64,000 nucleotides of DNA from an uncultured delta proteobacterium (GCA_963772835.1 CAVYYZ010000005.1:1-64000), one strand, 5' to 3'; positions 27,461 to 37,201 are shown, numbered from the stretch's first letter. Notes: generated by a model from the sequence alone, not told the origin. Program-made: numbers and translations.

Positions 27461-27545
27461 GGTACACGATAATACTAAACCATTCGCGAGGATGGGACGG
27501 AAAGCCTATAGGGTCTCACGCAGACAGCCGGGTTGCCGAAATATC
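27461..27545 (+). ncRNA. GEMM-I riboswitch aptamer, Geobacter-type GEMM-Ib variant predicted to bind 3',3'-cGAMP (c-AMP-GMP)
   Basis: GGTACACGATAATACTAAACCATTCGCGAGGATGGGACGGAAAGCCTATAGGGTCTCACGCAGACAGCCGGGTTGCCGAAATATC. It has a GCGA tetraloop with TAAAC/GACGG receptor arms and A27474 at the position equivalent to Vc2 G20. Confidence 0.92.
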
Positions 27546-27572
27546 AGAAGATTTCGGCAACCCGGTTTTTTT
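27528..27572 (+). terminator. riboswitch-controlled intrinsic terminator (expression platform)
   Basis: 15-bp stem CCGGGTTGCCGAAAT/ATTTCGGCAACCCGG + T7; the 5' arm overlaps the aptamer 3' end. Confidence 0.9.
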
Positions 27573-27710
27573 GCGTCCATTTCCGGGGAACTGATTTCTG
27601 TCGGGTTACGAGTGATTGTTTTCTAACGGTAGATGAGAAGACAGCATCAAAGGCACAGCAGAAAATCATCGTTACAGCTTCACGCTGTAATAGATCCCAA
27701 AGGAGATGTT

Positions 27711-28607
27711 ATGAAAAGTTTTATGGCACGAAAAGCGTACGTAATGTTTATGTTGATGATGACTGTTTTTTTCAGCAGTTCGCTGGTCTACGCAGGATCA
27801 AAACACCACGACGGTGGTGATGGCCATAATCCACCACCCACAAAACCTCCGGTCGTCACGACAACCGGGAATCTTGGCGCAGCCGCATCATTCGGTGTTT
27901 TTGGCGGCGGCGCAGGAATGACCAACAGTGGAATTTATACGGTCGTTAACGGAGACATCGGCACGACAGCGGCCTCAACTTTGATTACCGGTTTCCACGA
28001 CAGTAAAGCGGTGTATACGGAAACTACGTTAAATAAAGGGAAAGTGAACGGGATTATATATTCGGCTACCGCCCCGCGTGGTTCTGCTCCGGGCGTAATC
28101 GCTGCTGCAGCTGCACTCGCAGCACAAACCGCATTTGACAATCTCTCTCCCGCAGCACTTCCCGGCGGAATTGATGTTTCGTCATTGGGTGGCGGTGCCG
28201 GTGAACTCGGTGGACGCTACCTCGCCCCCGGAGTCTACAAATCCGCACCCGGCTCATATGCCATTCAAGCCGGCGATCTCACTCTTGATGGCCGTGGTGA
28301 TCCGAATGCTGTCTGGGTCTTTCAGATGGCAAGCACACTCACCGTGGGCGGCCCCGGTGCAGCGTTTCCTCAGAGCGTTCACCTGATCAACGGCGCTCAG
28401 GCTAAAAACGTATTCTGGCAGGTAGGCAGCGCCGCCACCATCAACGCTGCAGGTGGCGGTACCATGGTGGGAACAATAATTGCGTTTTCAGGAGCCTCGT
28501 TCTCTACGGCCGGCAATACCGCATTAACAACTCTTGATGGCAGAGTACTTTCTCTGCACGCTTCGGTTACCATGGTTAACACCCGAGTTACCGTGCCTGC
28601 ACCATAA
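27711..28607 (+). CDS. secreted DUF3494 ice-binding-like protein
   Basis: SD AAGGAG; signal peptide ..SLVYA; LGAAASFGV, LAPGVY, LTLDGRGDPNAVWVFQMAS and AKNVFWQVGS motifs. Confidence 0.92.
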   Translation: MKSFMARKAYVMFMLMMTVFFSSSLVYAGSKHHDGGDGHNPPPTKPPVVTTTGNLGAAASFGVFGGGAGMTNSGIYTVVNGDIGTTAASTLITGFHDSKAVYTETTLNKGKVNGIIYSATAPRGSAPGVIAAAAALAAQTAFDNLSPAALPGGIDVSSLGGGAGELGGRYLAPGVYKSAPGSYAIQAGDLTLDGRGDPNAVWVFQMASTLTVGGPGAAFPQSVHLINGAQAKNVFWQVGSAATINAAGGGTMVGTIIAFSGASFSTAGNTALTTLDGRVLSLHASVTMVNTRVTVPAP

Positions 28608-28668
28608 GAAACATCTCGCCGGCATTTTCCCGGTATCTACCGGTGTTGGTGAAGGTGAGTGACTGAAT

Positions 28669-28706
28669 AAAAAGGGGACAGGCTCAATTCGGCCTGTCTC
28701 ATTTTT
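28669..28706 (+). terminator. putative hairpin terminator
   Basis: AAAAGGGGACAGGC-TCAATTCG-GCCTGTCTCATTTTT. Confidence 0.5.
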
Positions 28707-28754
28707 ATGACCTTCAGGGAACCGGATTCCCTCTGCATTCCATACCATGTTGAT

Positions 28755-28898
28755 CCGCCATATATGGCAGTATTGTCACTCGTGACGGATTTTTGTGACG
28801 GCTTTTCAGGTACCGGACACACCTCTCTTTTCATTCCCCTACATAATCAGACAGTTGTATCGTCTGAATCCGCAGTTTTTCTCTGGCACGTTAGTTGC
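28755..28898 (+). promoter_or_regulatory. sigma54 promoter cassette for the STAS and beta-barrel genes
   Basis: CCGCCATATATGGCAG 28755-28770 and second palindrome 28773-28788; IHF AATCAGACAGTTG 28845-28857; TGGCAC-GTTAG-TTGC at 28884-28898. Confidence 0.9.
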
Positions 28899-28977
28899 CA
28901 TATACCTTTTCGTTAGAACTTGAGCCGTATCGCTATTTCTGACACATTTATTTGATTACCATTGCCGGGAGGCTCGC

Positions 28978-29274
28978 ATGAAACGATTTTCAAAAGGGGT
29001 TGCGTATCTGTACGGAAACTTGACCCACACCGGAGTCACCAACAATATAATAAAATCACTGGCTGTCTCTCTGCAGATGACAGAAGCCGCCGGTGAGAAG
29101 AATATTCGCATCGATTGCGGAAAAATACACTCGGCAGACATAAAAGGCCTTCAGCTCCTCTATGTATGGATGCACTGCGCCAGGTTCAGGGGGGTAGAGC
29201 CGGAACTGGTCAATCTGTCCGACGGTCTGCAGCAGTCGATGCAGGGCCTGGGGCTTGGACATTGCTTTAACTGA
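28978..29274 (+). CDS. STAS-domain protein
   Basis: IRIDCGKIHSADIKGLQLL..ELVNLS..MQGLGL; SD GGAGG. The usual DS(S/A)G serine is absent. Confidence 0.75.
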   Translation: MKRFSKGVAYLYGNLTHTGVTNNIIKSLAVSLQMTEAAGEKNIRIDCGKIHSADIKGLQLLYVWMHCARFRGVEPELVNLSDGLQQSMQGLGLGHCFN

Positions 29275-29397
29275 ATCAGTGTGTATCAGAGCACAATCTG
29301 CCTTGATACGTGCAGGAGGTGAATTATGGAAATGTAGCCGTAATTTCGAGCGTTGAAACAATACAGCAAAAATAATTCATACTACTAAGGAGAAATC

Positions 29398-30018
29398 ATG
29401 AAAAAAAATCGAATTGAAACGACTTTTGTAGCATTTCTTGCCGCAGCAGCACTGAGCATCGCCTCACTGGCATCTGCAGCGAATACACCTCCGGACTATG
29501 TTGCATTGAAGGCCGGGGTCTACTCACCCAGCACATCGCACAACCTGGATACATTCAATGCCGGTAACAGGACCGAACTGGACAGTAAGACCGGATTCGC
29601 AGGAGAAGTTGCATTCGGCCATTACTTTAATCCCATGCTGGCCCTGGAACTGGGCGCCGGATACTTCGAAAGTAAAGGTTCACCACTTGCACAGCCTGGT
29701 GATTTGAAGCTGAAAGTCGTTCCACTGATCGCAACCGGAAAGGTGCTTCTCCCGATCGGACCGATCGAACCGTACGGCCTGTTCGGTATCGGAGCGTACA
29801 TAACTGCTATGGATGTGTCTAACAATTTCGGTGCTATGAAGGATTCCACGGAAGTTACCTATGGATTACATGCAGGTCTGGGCGTTAATATCAATTTTCA
29901 GGAAAACATGTTCGTCGGCGTTGAAGGGAAATATCTCTGGGCAGAGCCTTCATTCGGCGGCCAGCATCTAAAGCTGAACGGGTTCATTTCAACAGCCGTT
30001 CTCGGATTCAGATACTGA
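29398..30018 (+). CDS. outer-membrane beta-barrel protein
   Basis: Signal peptide; IEPYGLFGIG; VGVEGKYLW; C-terminal VLGFRY. Confidence 0.88.
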   Translation: MKKNRIETTFVAFLAAAALSIASLASAANTPPDYVALKAGVYSPSTSHNLDTFNAGNRTELDSKTGFAGEVAFGHYFNPMLALELGAGYFESKGSPLAQPGDLKLKVVPLIATGKVLLPIGPIEPYGLFGIGAYITAMDVSNNFGAMKDSTEVTYGLHAGLGVNINFQENMFVGVEGKYLWAEPSFGGQHLKLNGFISTAVLGFRY

Positions 30019-30192
30019 GTATTTCCGTGAGAGCAATCAATTCGGATGCTGCCAAGGCAAAATCGAAAACTGAAGCAAAAGCAGTTAAAGATTGGGCCAA
30101 AGCAGCAAAATAAAAATCAGATGCTGAAACCAAAACGTTGAAAGAGTCCGATGCTCCGCCGGCAAAAGAATCATTACGCATCGGATGAACGG

Positions 30193-30229
30193 GAAGGACA
30201 TGTTGGAATTCCTCCGGCATGTCCTTTTT
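30193..30229 (+). terminator. intrinsic terminator
   Basis: GAAGGACATG..CATGTCCTTTTT hairpin with T run. Confidence 0.6.
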
Positions 30230-30376
30230 CAAATATGTGCCTTTTCAAGAGAGTGTCATCCAGTTAGTTTTCGCACGCTCAGAATCAACCTTCATCCACC
30301 CCTGCGGGCCACCTTCTCCCTGCTGGAGAAGCAATAATGCGTTCCCATCATGGCGCACCACAAGTGAGAGTTACCT

Positions 30377-30967
30377 ATGGAAACCGACAATGTAAAGAGC
30401 CTGCTGTCATCTCCGGCCGTCTTACGGCTTCGGGCGGAAGAACAGATGGGTGCCAAAGCTCCCGAGCGGTATCTGCCGCAGAGCCGGGAGGCGACCCGGC
30501 GGATCGTTCATGAACTTGAAGTTCATCAGATCGAGCTTGTCATGCAGAATGAAGAACTGCGACAGGCCAGATATGAAGTGGAAACTGCTCTGAAAAAATA
30601 CACCGACCTCTACGAATTTGCTCCGGCCGGTTATTTTACTCTTGACCAAAACGGGGTAATCAGCTCTCTGAACCTCACCGCTGCGGACCTTATCAGAATC
30701 GAGCGATCACTCGTGATCGGGCGTAGTTTTGAGCAGTTGCTCAGCGAAAAATCCCGCCCCGCCTTTACCCTCTTCCTGAAATCGGTTTTTGCCGGTCGGT
30801 CCGATGCAACGTTCGAAACGGTCGTTCTGAACAATGTGGATCTTCCGCTCACGGTGAAGATCACGGCCGCGCTCGACAGGTCGGGGAAAGAGTGCCACCT
30901 CGTCCTGATTAATATACCGGGACAGCCGCCCGGGGATCAGAACGGAAAAGATTCCGGCACTCTTTAA
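30377..30967 (+). CDS. PAS protein with N-terminal HELEVHQIEL coiled coil and no output domain (possibly a truncated kinase)
   Basis: LRLRAEEQ..HELEVHQIELVMQNEELRQAR..YTDLYEFAPAGY; the ORF ends just after the PAC. Confidence 0.75.
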   Translation: METDNVKSLLSSPAVLRLRAEEQMGAKAPERYLPQSREATRRIVHELEVHQIELVMQNEELRQARYEVETALKKYTDLYEFAPAGYFTLDQNGVISSLNLTAADLIRIERSLVIGRSFEQLLSEKSRPAFTLFLKSVFAGRSDATFETVVLNNVDLPLTVKITAALDRSGKECHLVLINIPGQPPGDQNGKDSGTL

Positions 30968-31013
30968 GCCGGAAAGCAGGCCGGAACCAGACGCAGTACA
31001 GCGAAATAAAGGG

Positions 31014-31142
31014 ATGAACCTGATTTTGACCGGGCAGATGGTGGAACGTCTCGGCGGTAGTATCTGGGTGGAAAGCGACGGTGGAGCGGGGAGCAAATTC
31101 TGCTTTACCATTCCGTTCAGGGATTGCATGGGAACGATATGA
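31014..31142 (+). pseudogene. remnant of an HATPase_c C-terminus
   Basis: Translates MNLILTGQMVERLGGSIWVESDGGAGSKFCFTIP, a typical kinase tail, with no upstream kinase core. Confidence 0.7.
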
Positions 31143-31417
31143 TTGTCAGATCAGCACAATATACCAATTTCAAATCAAAGATACCGTCAAGGCACCAAGT
31201 GTTTAAAAAGCGGTCCATATAACCTGCAATACAACCATCACCGGCGATTTTGGCAACCTCGATATCACTGCACCCCGTGACCGCATTTCAACGCTTGAAC
31301 CGGTCATCCTTCCCAAAGGTAAAACACGCTTCACCGGCTTTAATGACAAGATCATTTAAATGTATACCCGTGATATGAAAACTGATATCGTGATGCTTTC
31401 AACATGAGGATTATACA

Positions 31418-33610
31418 ATGAATTATCACACTCATCAAAAGCATAGGACAGGGGCCTTACGGATCGTTGCGATCTATGCACTGTTCGGCTTAGCCTGGAT
31501 TTACGGATCTGATACGATACTGGGGTGGCTTGTTCATGATCCCGCAACGATGGTGGAAATTGCTGTCATCAAAGGTTCTCTCTTCATTTTGTGCACATCA
31601 GCTCTTCTGTACACATTAATCAACCGCTTCGCAAAACAATTAGCCGCTTCGGAAACAAGGTATCGAACTATCTTTAATACTGCTATGGATGGATTTTGGC
31701 TGGTAAACGAGCAGGGGCGACTCCTGCAAGTAAACGAAGCTTACTGTCACATGAGTGGCTATAGTGAGCAGGAACTTCTTTCAATGAATATTGCCGACTT
31801 TGAGGTCAACGAGTCAGTCGACGACGTAGCTGCCCATAACCAAAAGATCAAGATCAAGGGTGAGGATCGTTTTGTAAGCAAGCATCGCCGTAAAAATGGA
31901 ACTACTTTTGACGTAGAAGTCAGTGCCAAGTGCGTGCCTGCATATGATGGACTTTTTGTTGGTTTCCTGCGGGATATCTCTGAGCGTAAGCAGGCGGAAC
32001 AAACCCTCCAATATGAGCGTAATCTCTCCATGGATATCCTCAACGCTCAGCCCGCCGGCATTTACAGAATCCGTGTATTTGCGCGGGATACGTGGGAAAA
32101 AGATGCGTGGCTCAGTTTCAAGAACTCCCCACATGTCGTTGAATTAGCATCCGAGCCTTTTTGCAATATTCTGGGCACCACAAAGGAAGCTTTAGAGAAC
32201 AACCCCGGCTTGGTTATTGATCTGATCCACCCTGACGACAGGGAAGGGTTTGCCAAAAAAAACGAGGGAGCAGCGGCAAATCTAGAAGAATTCATGTGGG
32301 AAGGTCGCCTCGTCATTGACGGCGTGATCCGGTGGGCCCATTTTCAGTCTTTGCCCCGACCCCTCGAAAATGGCGATGTACTTTGGACGGGTGCACTCAT
32401 AGATATCACAGACCGTATCAAGGCAGAAGAAGAGCATTCTATAATGGAGTCCCAATTGCAGCATACTCAAAAACTGGAGAGCCTTGGCGTCCTGTCGGGT
32501 GGTATTGCTCACGACTTCAATAACATCCTGGCAATCATCATGGGCAATTGTTCCTTGGCAAAGAGAGATAAAGAGAATGCCGGGGAATTCATACCTAAAA
32601 TTGAAAAGGCTGCTGAACGTGCCGCAGAACTTTGCCGTCAAATGCTGGCTTACGCCGGGAAAGCCCAGTTTGTCCAGGCACGTGTGGACTTCCGATCGTT
32701 GGTCGGTGAGATGGTCGACATGCTGGAAAAGACCACACCTCAAAATGCGGGGATCAAATTTGACTGCACTCCCGATATCTCGCCGATTCATGGAGATTCC
32801 AGCCAACTCAACCAGGTTGTCATGAACCTGATTATAAACGCTTCTGAAGCTATCGGCAAAGTACAGGGGGAGATCAGGGTATCGCTTTCCGAAACGACGA
32901 TGCATGACGGGCACTCAGAGAAGGACTACAACGGGAAAGCTATTCCAGCCGGCAGTTATGTCTGCCTGGAAGTATCAGACAACGGGTGCGGTATGGATGA
33001 GGAAACCAAATGGCGCATCTTCGAGCCGTTTTATACCACAAAATTTACGGGTCGTGGTTTGGGCATGTCTGCTGTTCTTGGCATCATTAACTCACATAAA
33101 GGTGCGTTGCAACTTCAAAGCCGGCTTGGTCAGGGTTCAACCTTCAAAGTCTATCTTCCTGTTCAGAAAATGGACTCTGCACAGGAAAGACCAGTACAGC
33201 AGGCGGCTGAATCTCAATGGCGGGGGCATGGCACGATATTACTTGCAGAAGATGAAGACCAGATACGGAATATAGCAAAAACATATCTTGAAGAGTTTGG
33301 TTTTACTGTTGTGGAAGCGGCAAATGGAAAGGAAGCACTTGATTTGTATCAAAAGAATGCTTCAGACATTTCCCTGGTGCTGACAGACATTGGTATGCCA
33401 ATCATGGATGGGTATGCGTTATTCAATGCGTTGAAACAGCTTAAACCCACATTGCCTATTATTATTTCCAGTGGTTTTGGTGATGCGGATGTCACATCCA
33501 GAATTGACCATGGTGATATAGCCGGGTTAATCAGCAAACCGTATACTCCCGTCGAGCTGAGTAACGTGCTCAAGAGCGTTTTGGAAGGCGCGGAATCGTC
33601 CCGGAAATGA
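31418..33610 (+). CDS. membrane-anchored hybrid histidine kinase (2 TM, 2 PAS, HisKA, HATPase, REC)
   Basis: GGIAHDFNNIL, NLIINASEA, DNGCGM, FEPFYTTK and GRGLG boxes; REC VLTDIGMP. Confidence 0.93.
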   Translation: MNYHTHQKHRTGALRIVAIYALFGLAWIYGSDTILGWLVHDPATMVEIAVIKGSLFILCTSALLYTLINRFAKQLAASETRYRTIFNTAMDGFWLVNEQGRLLQVNEAYCHMSGYSEQELLSMNIADFEVNESVDDVAAHNQKIKIKGEDRFVSKHRRKNGTTFDVEVSAKCVPAYDGLFVGFLRDISERKQAEQTLQYERNLSMDILNAQPAGIYRIRVFARDTWEKDAWLSFKNSPHVVELASEPFCNILGTTKEALENNPGLVIDLIHPDDREGFAKKNEGAAANLEEFMWEGRLVIDGVIRWAHFQSLPRPLENGDVLWTGALIDITDRIKAEEEHSIMESQLQHTQKLESLGVLSGGIAHDFNNILAIIMGNCSLAKRDKENAGEFIPKIEKAAERAAELCRQMLAYAGKAQFVQARVDFRSLVGEMVDMLEKTTPQNAGIKFDCTPDISPIHGDSSQLNQVVMNLIINASEAIGKVQGEIRVSLSETTMHDGHSEKDYNGKAIPAGSYVCLEVSDNGCGMDEETKWRIFEPFYTTKFTGRGLGMSAVLGIINSHKGALQLQSRLGQGSTFKVYLPVQKMDSAQERPVQQAAESQWRGHGTILLAEDEDQIRNIAKTYLEEFGFTVVEAANGKEALDLYQKNASDISLVLTDIGMPIMDGYALFNALKQLKPTLPIIISSGFGDADVTSRIDHGDIAGLISKPYTPVELSNVLKSVLEGAESSRK

Positions 33611-33718
33611 GGAACATGCTTCATCAACCTTTTTAAGAATCTATGTTAAAAACCGAAAGTCATGAGCACATTCCGTCTTACAGGGCTACAACGAGAGCGC
33701 TTTGTTCGGGAATTGGAA

Positions 33719-34006
33719 TTATGTTATGTTCACGATAGCGTCATGCACGAGCGTCCGTACCTCACTCCAGACAAGTTCCGTACCTGCTTTGAGCTCTTCC
33801 CACTCATGATCCCCGGCGATTGAAATACCCTGCAGTTTTCGCGCTGCTTCATCCCGCTTATGCTGCAACTCATTGATTAAAGTTGCAGAGCCATTCGCTG
33901 CCCCTTCCATCGCATGTTCCACACCATCCTTAAGACGATCGATCTGAGTATCCCGTTCAACAATCTCTGCCGATAATTTCTCAACGTATTCTGATCGATC
34001 ATCCAC
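33719..34006 (-). CDS. small coiled-coil stress protein, paralog of 4778..5065
   Basis: EYVEKLSAEI..QIDRLKD..KLQGISIAGDHEWEELKAGTE. Confidence 0.75.
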   Translation of the reverse strand: MDDRSEYVEKLSAEIVERDTQIDRLKDGVEHAMEGAANGSATLINELQHKRDEAARKLQGISIAGDHEWEELKAGTELVWSEVRTLVHDAIVNIT

Positions 34007-34066
34007 GGTGCTCCCTCGAAGTCGTTTGCAGTATGATGCCGGCCGAATGTACGTTATATTTATGAA

Positions 34067-34384
34067 TTATTCGGACAGTATTATGCCTTCATTGGTCATC
34101 TGCTGTGGTTCATGTTGCTCTGCTTCAGAAGTGAGCAGTTCCTGCAGCAGATCACTCTGCTGCAGTCTGGCATGCAAGCGTTCCCGGTCATGAATTCGCG
34201 CCTTCCGGTTATGCTTCACCGGCACAAGATCACGAAGATCCTGGGGACGATACGACAGCTCCCGGCCTATATCTCCAAGCTGGTCGGCATCCCGCTCACC
34301 CTCTGCAGTGGCAGCCCGGCTGTTAAACGGTGAGATTACCGACAAGATCAGCAGTACGATGATGATTGGTATGTATTTTTTCAT
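34067..34384 (-). CDS. small exported hypothetical protein
   Basis: MKKYIPIIIVLLILSVISP signal peptide; SD GAGG; the upstream start in the ORF track overlaps the promoter. Confidence 0.6.
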   Translation of the reverse strand: MKKYIPIIIVLLILSVISPFNSRAATAEGERDADQLGDIGRELSYRPQDLRDLVPVKHNRKARIHDRERLHARLQQSDLLQELLTSEAEQHEPQQMTNEGIILSE

Positions 34385-34466
34385 ATGATGCCTCTGCGTG
34401 AGATGCTGAAGGAATTGTTTTTTCGGAAATACGAAGTTCAAAACATTCCGAATGGTTACATTCAAC

Positions 34467-34611
34467 GCAACTAACATGCCGGAAAAAACCGGAGCGCATA
34501 TATCTTGTAAGTGTTTGTACTTACATAACTTATCCGGATAAAACCGGCAGAGATTCCAGACATGCCGTCAAAAAAAACCGTCATGTACGGAATACCTGTC
34601 ATATATGATAG
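34467..34611 (-). promoter_or_regulatory. sigma54 promoter cassette
   Basis: CGGCAT-GTTAG-TTGC at 34481..34467; palindromes 34578-34593 and CTGTCATATATGATAG 34596-34611. Confidence 0.8.
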
Positions 34612-34764
34612 ATAACAATGGGATTCAGGTCTGTCAGATGAAATACTTTCGTTTTCGTAGATACTGCTAATGGAATCAGCATCAGCTCACTGAAAACCCC
34701 TGCAAGCACCAGCCGCTTGGAAAAGAATCTCAGGGTGAAAATAGAAATATTCGAAGAGCGACAG

Positions 34765-34909
34765 GCAAAAGCGGTGGCGAACTTTGTCGCGATGATACCA
34801 GCAAGTCAGGCCGTGGTTGCCTGCAGGTAGAGTTCCGGCCCGGGAATCCGCTATTGGTACCAACGTTAATCGAATCCGCCACTGATGACATAACTGCCAT
34901 ATATGGCGG
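34765..34909 (-). promoter_or_regulatory. enhancer pair with a decayed sigma54 promoter, upstream of the second bEBP gene
   Basis: Palindromes 34876-34891 and CTGCCATATATGGCGG 34894-34909; 130 bp away lies CGCCAC-CGCTT-TTGC, which has lost the invariant GG. Confidence 0.6.
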
Positions 34910-35026
34910 ATGCACTGCAGCGTACTTTCTGTTTTTAACTTATTTTTCAAGCCTCGCGGAGAAAAGGTGTGGTATAACAGCACTGTCGTCCGGTACTCGC
35001 TACAGCAGGTTCTGAAGGAAGTGGCC

Positions 35027-36742
35027 ATGACAATCGACAGGGAAAACAAACGTTCGGCCGCAACGGCACTCCGGTCCAGTGCCGAAAATCAGCTGAAGGA
35101 TCAGAAGCTGAAAGCAGCACCGGCCCGGACGGATACCGAGACACACCGCCAATTCCATGAATTGCAGGTTCATCAGATCGAACTGGAGATGCAGAACGAA
35201 GAACTGTGTAAAACCAAGGATATGCTCGAGATATCCCGGGATATGTACGCTGAGCTGTATGACTATGCGCCTGTAGCCTATTTCACCTTTGATGCCCGCG
35301 GAATGATACAGAATATGAATAATGCCGGTATGCAGCTGCTGGCGATTGCCGAAACGGAGAAGGTAGCGTTTACCGAGTTACTTGCCGATACCGCAGAGAA
35401 GGAGATCTTCACCAATCATCTCGCGCTTGTCCTGAAGCGAAAAGTCATGCTGAAATGCGCATTGAAACTCAAAAGTCAGGACGGGACGATCATCGACGCG
35501 CAACTTCAAAGTGTGGCGATAACCAGTGGCGATACTGACGGCTGTATACTTACGTCAATTGTTGACAACTCGGTGCGGAGACAATTTGAGGATAAACTGC
35601 GGAAAGCGCACGACAATCTGGAGAGAATCGTACATGACCGGACAGAGGATCTGCTTAAAACCAACCTGCTGCTCTCGCAGGAGATAGAAGAACATAAAAA
35701 AGCGGAAGAGCTTCTTCTGGGTACCTATGCAGAAATCAAGGTGTTAAAAAACCTGCTGCAGGAGGAAAACATGTACCTGCAGCAGGAGGTTGCCAGCCGC
35801 TATAACTTTGGTGAAATTATCGGTCAAAGTACTGCACTTTCCCGGATATTCCTGCAGATCGAGCAGGTAGCGCCCATGAATGCAACCGTTCTTCTCCTTG
35901 GCGAAACCGGCACCGGAAAGGGTGTGGTCGCGCGTGCCATCCACAGTCGCAGCAGTCGCAAGGGGCGCCCCCTGATAACCGTCAATTGTACGACTCTGCC
36001 GGCAACCCTGGTGGAAAGTGAACTGTTCGGCCGGGAACGGGGTGCCTTCACCGGGTCCGACGCCCGGCAGATCGGGCGCTTTGAACTGGCGGACGGCGGC
36101 ACCATATTCCTGGACGAAATCGGTGAAATGCCGCTGGAACTTCAGTCAAAGCTGCTCCGGGTTATTCAGGACGGTGAGTTCGAGCGACTGGGGAGTCCCC
36201 GTACCATAAAGGTTGACGTACGGATCATCGCGGCCTCAAACCGGAATCTGAAGGAGGAGGTCCAAAAAGGAACGTTCCGGGAAGACCTGTTCTACCGGCT
36301 CAATGTGTTCCCCGTCACCATGCCGCCGCTCCGGCTGCGCACGGATGACATCCCGCTGCTCGTCAATCATTTTGTTGCCAAATTCAACAGTAAAATCGGC
36401 AGAAAGATCGAAACTGTCTCAAAAGCTTCACTGAATGTCCTGCAGGAATACCACTGGCCGGGCAACGTCCGGGAACTGGAAAGTGTCATTGAACGTGCGG
36501 TTATCATCACCCAGGGGACTTCGCTGCAGGTATTGGATCGCTTCGAAACATTCCGGAAGGCAGGGGAACCCGGAGAGTCTGATATCAAGGCCCTCGTTGA
36601 ACTGGAACACGACCACATTCTCCAGGTGCTCAAGAAAACCGGCTGGCGCATTGAAGGAAAAAACGGCGCTGCGGGGCTCCTTGGCCTCAACGCCAGCACC
36701 CTTCGCGCCCGGATGAGGAAATACGGCATTATCCGTAATTAA
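35027..36742 (+). CDS. sigma54-dependent activator ([10 protein letters not shown] helix + PAS + AAA+ + HTH)
   Basis: Start MTIDREN (SD AAGGA); [19 protein letters not shown] and WPGNVREL motifs; C-terminal half nearly identical to 21424..22974. Confidence 0.95.
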   Translation: MTIDRENKRSAATALRSSAENQLKDQKLKAAPARTDTETHRQFHELQVHQIELEMQNEELCKTKDMLEISRDMYAELYDYAPVAYFTFDARGMIQNMNNAGMQLLAIAETEKVAFTELLADTAEKEIFTNHLALVLKRKVMLKCALKLKSQDGTIIDAQLQSVAITSGDTDGCILTSIVDNSVRRQFEDKLRKAHDNLERIVHDRTEDLLKTNLLLSQEIEEHKKAEELLLGTYAEIKVLKNLLQEENMYLQQEVASRYNFGEIIGQSTALSRIFLQIEQVAPMNATVLLLGETGTGKGVVARAIHSRSSRKGRPLITVNCTTLPATLVESELFGRERGAFTGSDARQIGRFELADGGTIFLDEIGEMPLELQSKLLRVIQDGEFERLGSPRTIKVDVRIIAASNRNLKEEVQKGTFREDLFYRLNVFPVTMPPLRLRTDDIPLLVNHFVAKFNSKIGRKIETVSKASLNVLQEYHWPGNVRELESVIERAVIITQGTSLQVLDRFETFRKAGEPGESDIKALVELEHDHILQVLKKTGWRIEGKNGAAGLLGLNASTLRARMRKYGIIRN

Positions 36743-36803
36743 TTCCAATCCAAATCGGTATAACTGCGCCACCGCTCCATGTGAAGCCGTTCAGACAGTG
36801 GCT

Positions 36804-37124
36804 TTATTTCTTTGTTTTTTGTTTGGATGTTACTACCGACGTAGTTTTTTTGATCTTTTTCTCCGGCGCCGGTTCATCCGGCGTTTTAATTTTAACTACT
36901 TTTGCTGAATCCTTTGTCGCTGCAGCAGGAACGTCTTTAATTTCCTTCACACCCAGATACTTCTCGACACCCGGAATTGCCGCACCACCATTTTTTCGGT
37001 ATTTCTGATAACTTGCCGCAATCTCCCGGTGCCCTTTGATAAAAGCCTCCAGTTTTGGTACCAATGAAATCATCACCTTAAAATCCTCTCCTAATGCAAA
37101 AACCGTCTTCATCTTCTTGCTCAT
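36804..37124 (-). CDS. small basic hypothetical protein with Lys-rich tail
   Basis: SD AGGGAG before MSKKMK; lies downstream of a sigma54 promoter. Confidence 0.65.
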   Translation of the reverse strand: MSKKMKTVFALGEDFKVMISLVPKLEAFIKGHREIAASYQKYRKNGGAAIPGVEKYLGVKEIKDVPAAATKDSAKVVKIKTPDEPAPEKKIKKTTSVVTSKQKTKK

Positions 37125-37201
37125 TGCTGTCTCCCTTGTTGAGTTGGTAATTCGGGCCGCATAAGTCACCTGGCGGTGCACATGCGGTATAGCTGGTTAT
37201 G

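Noticed and set aside
30027..30188. Lys/Ala-rich reading frame (DAAKAKSKTEAKAVKD..) after the beta-barrel gene
   Set aside because: It has an internal stop, no SD and low complexity. At best it is an unidentifiable remnant.
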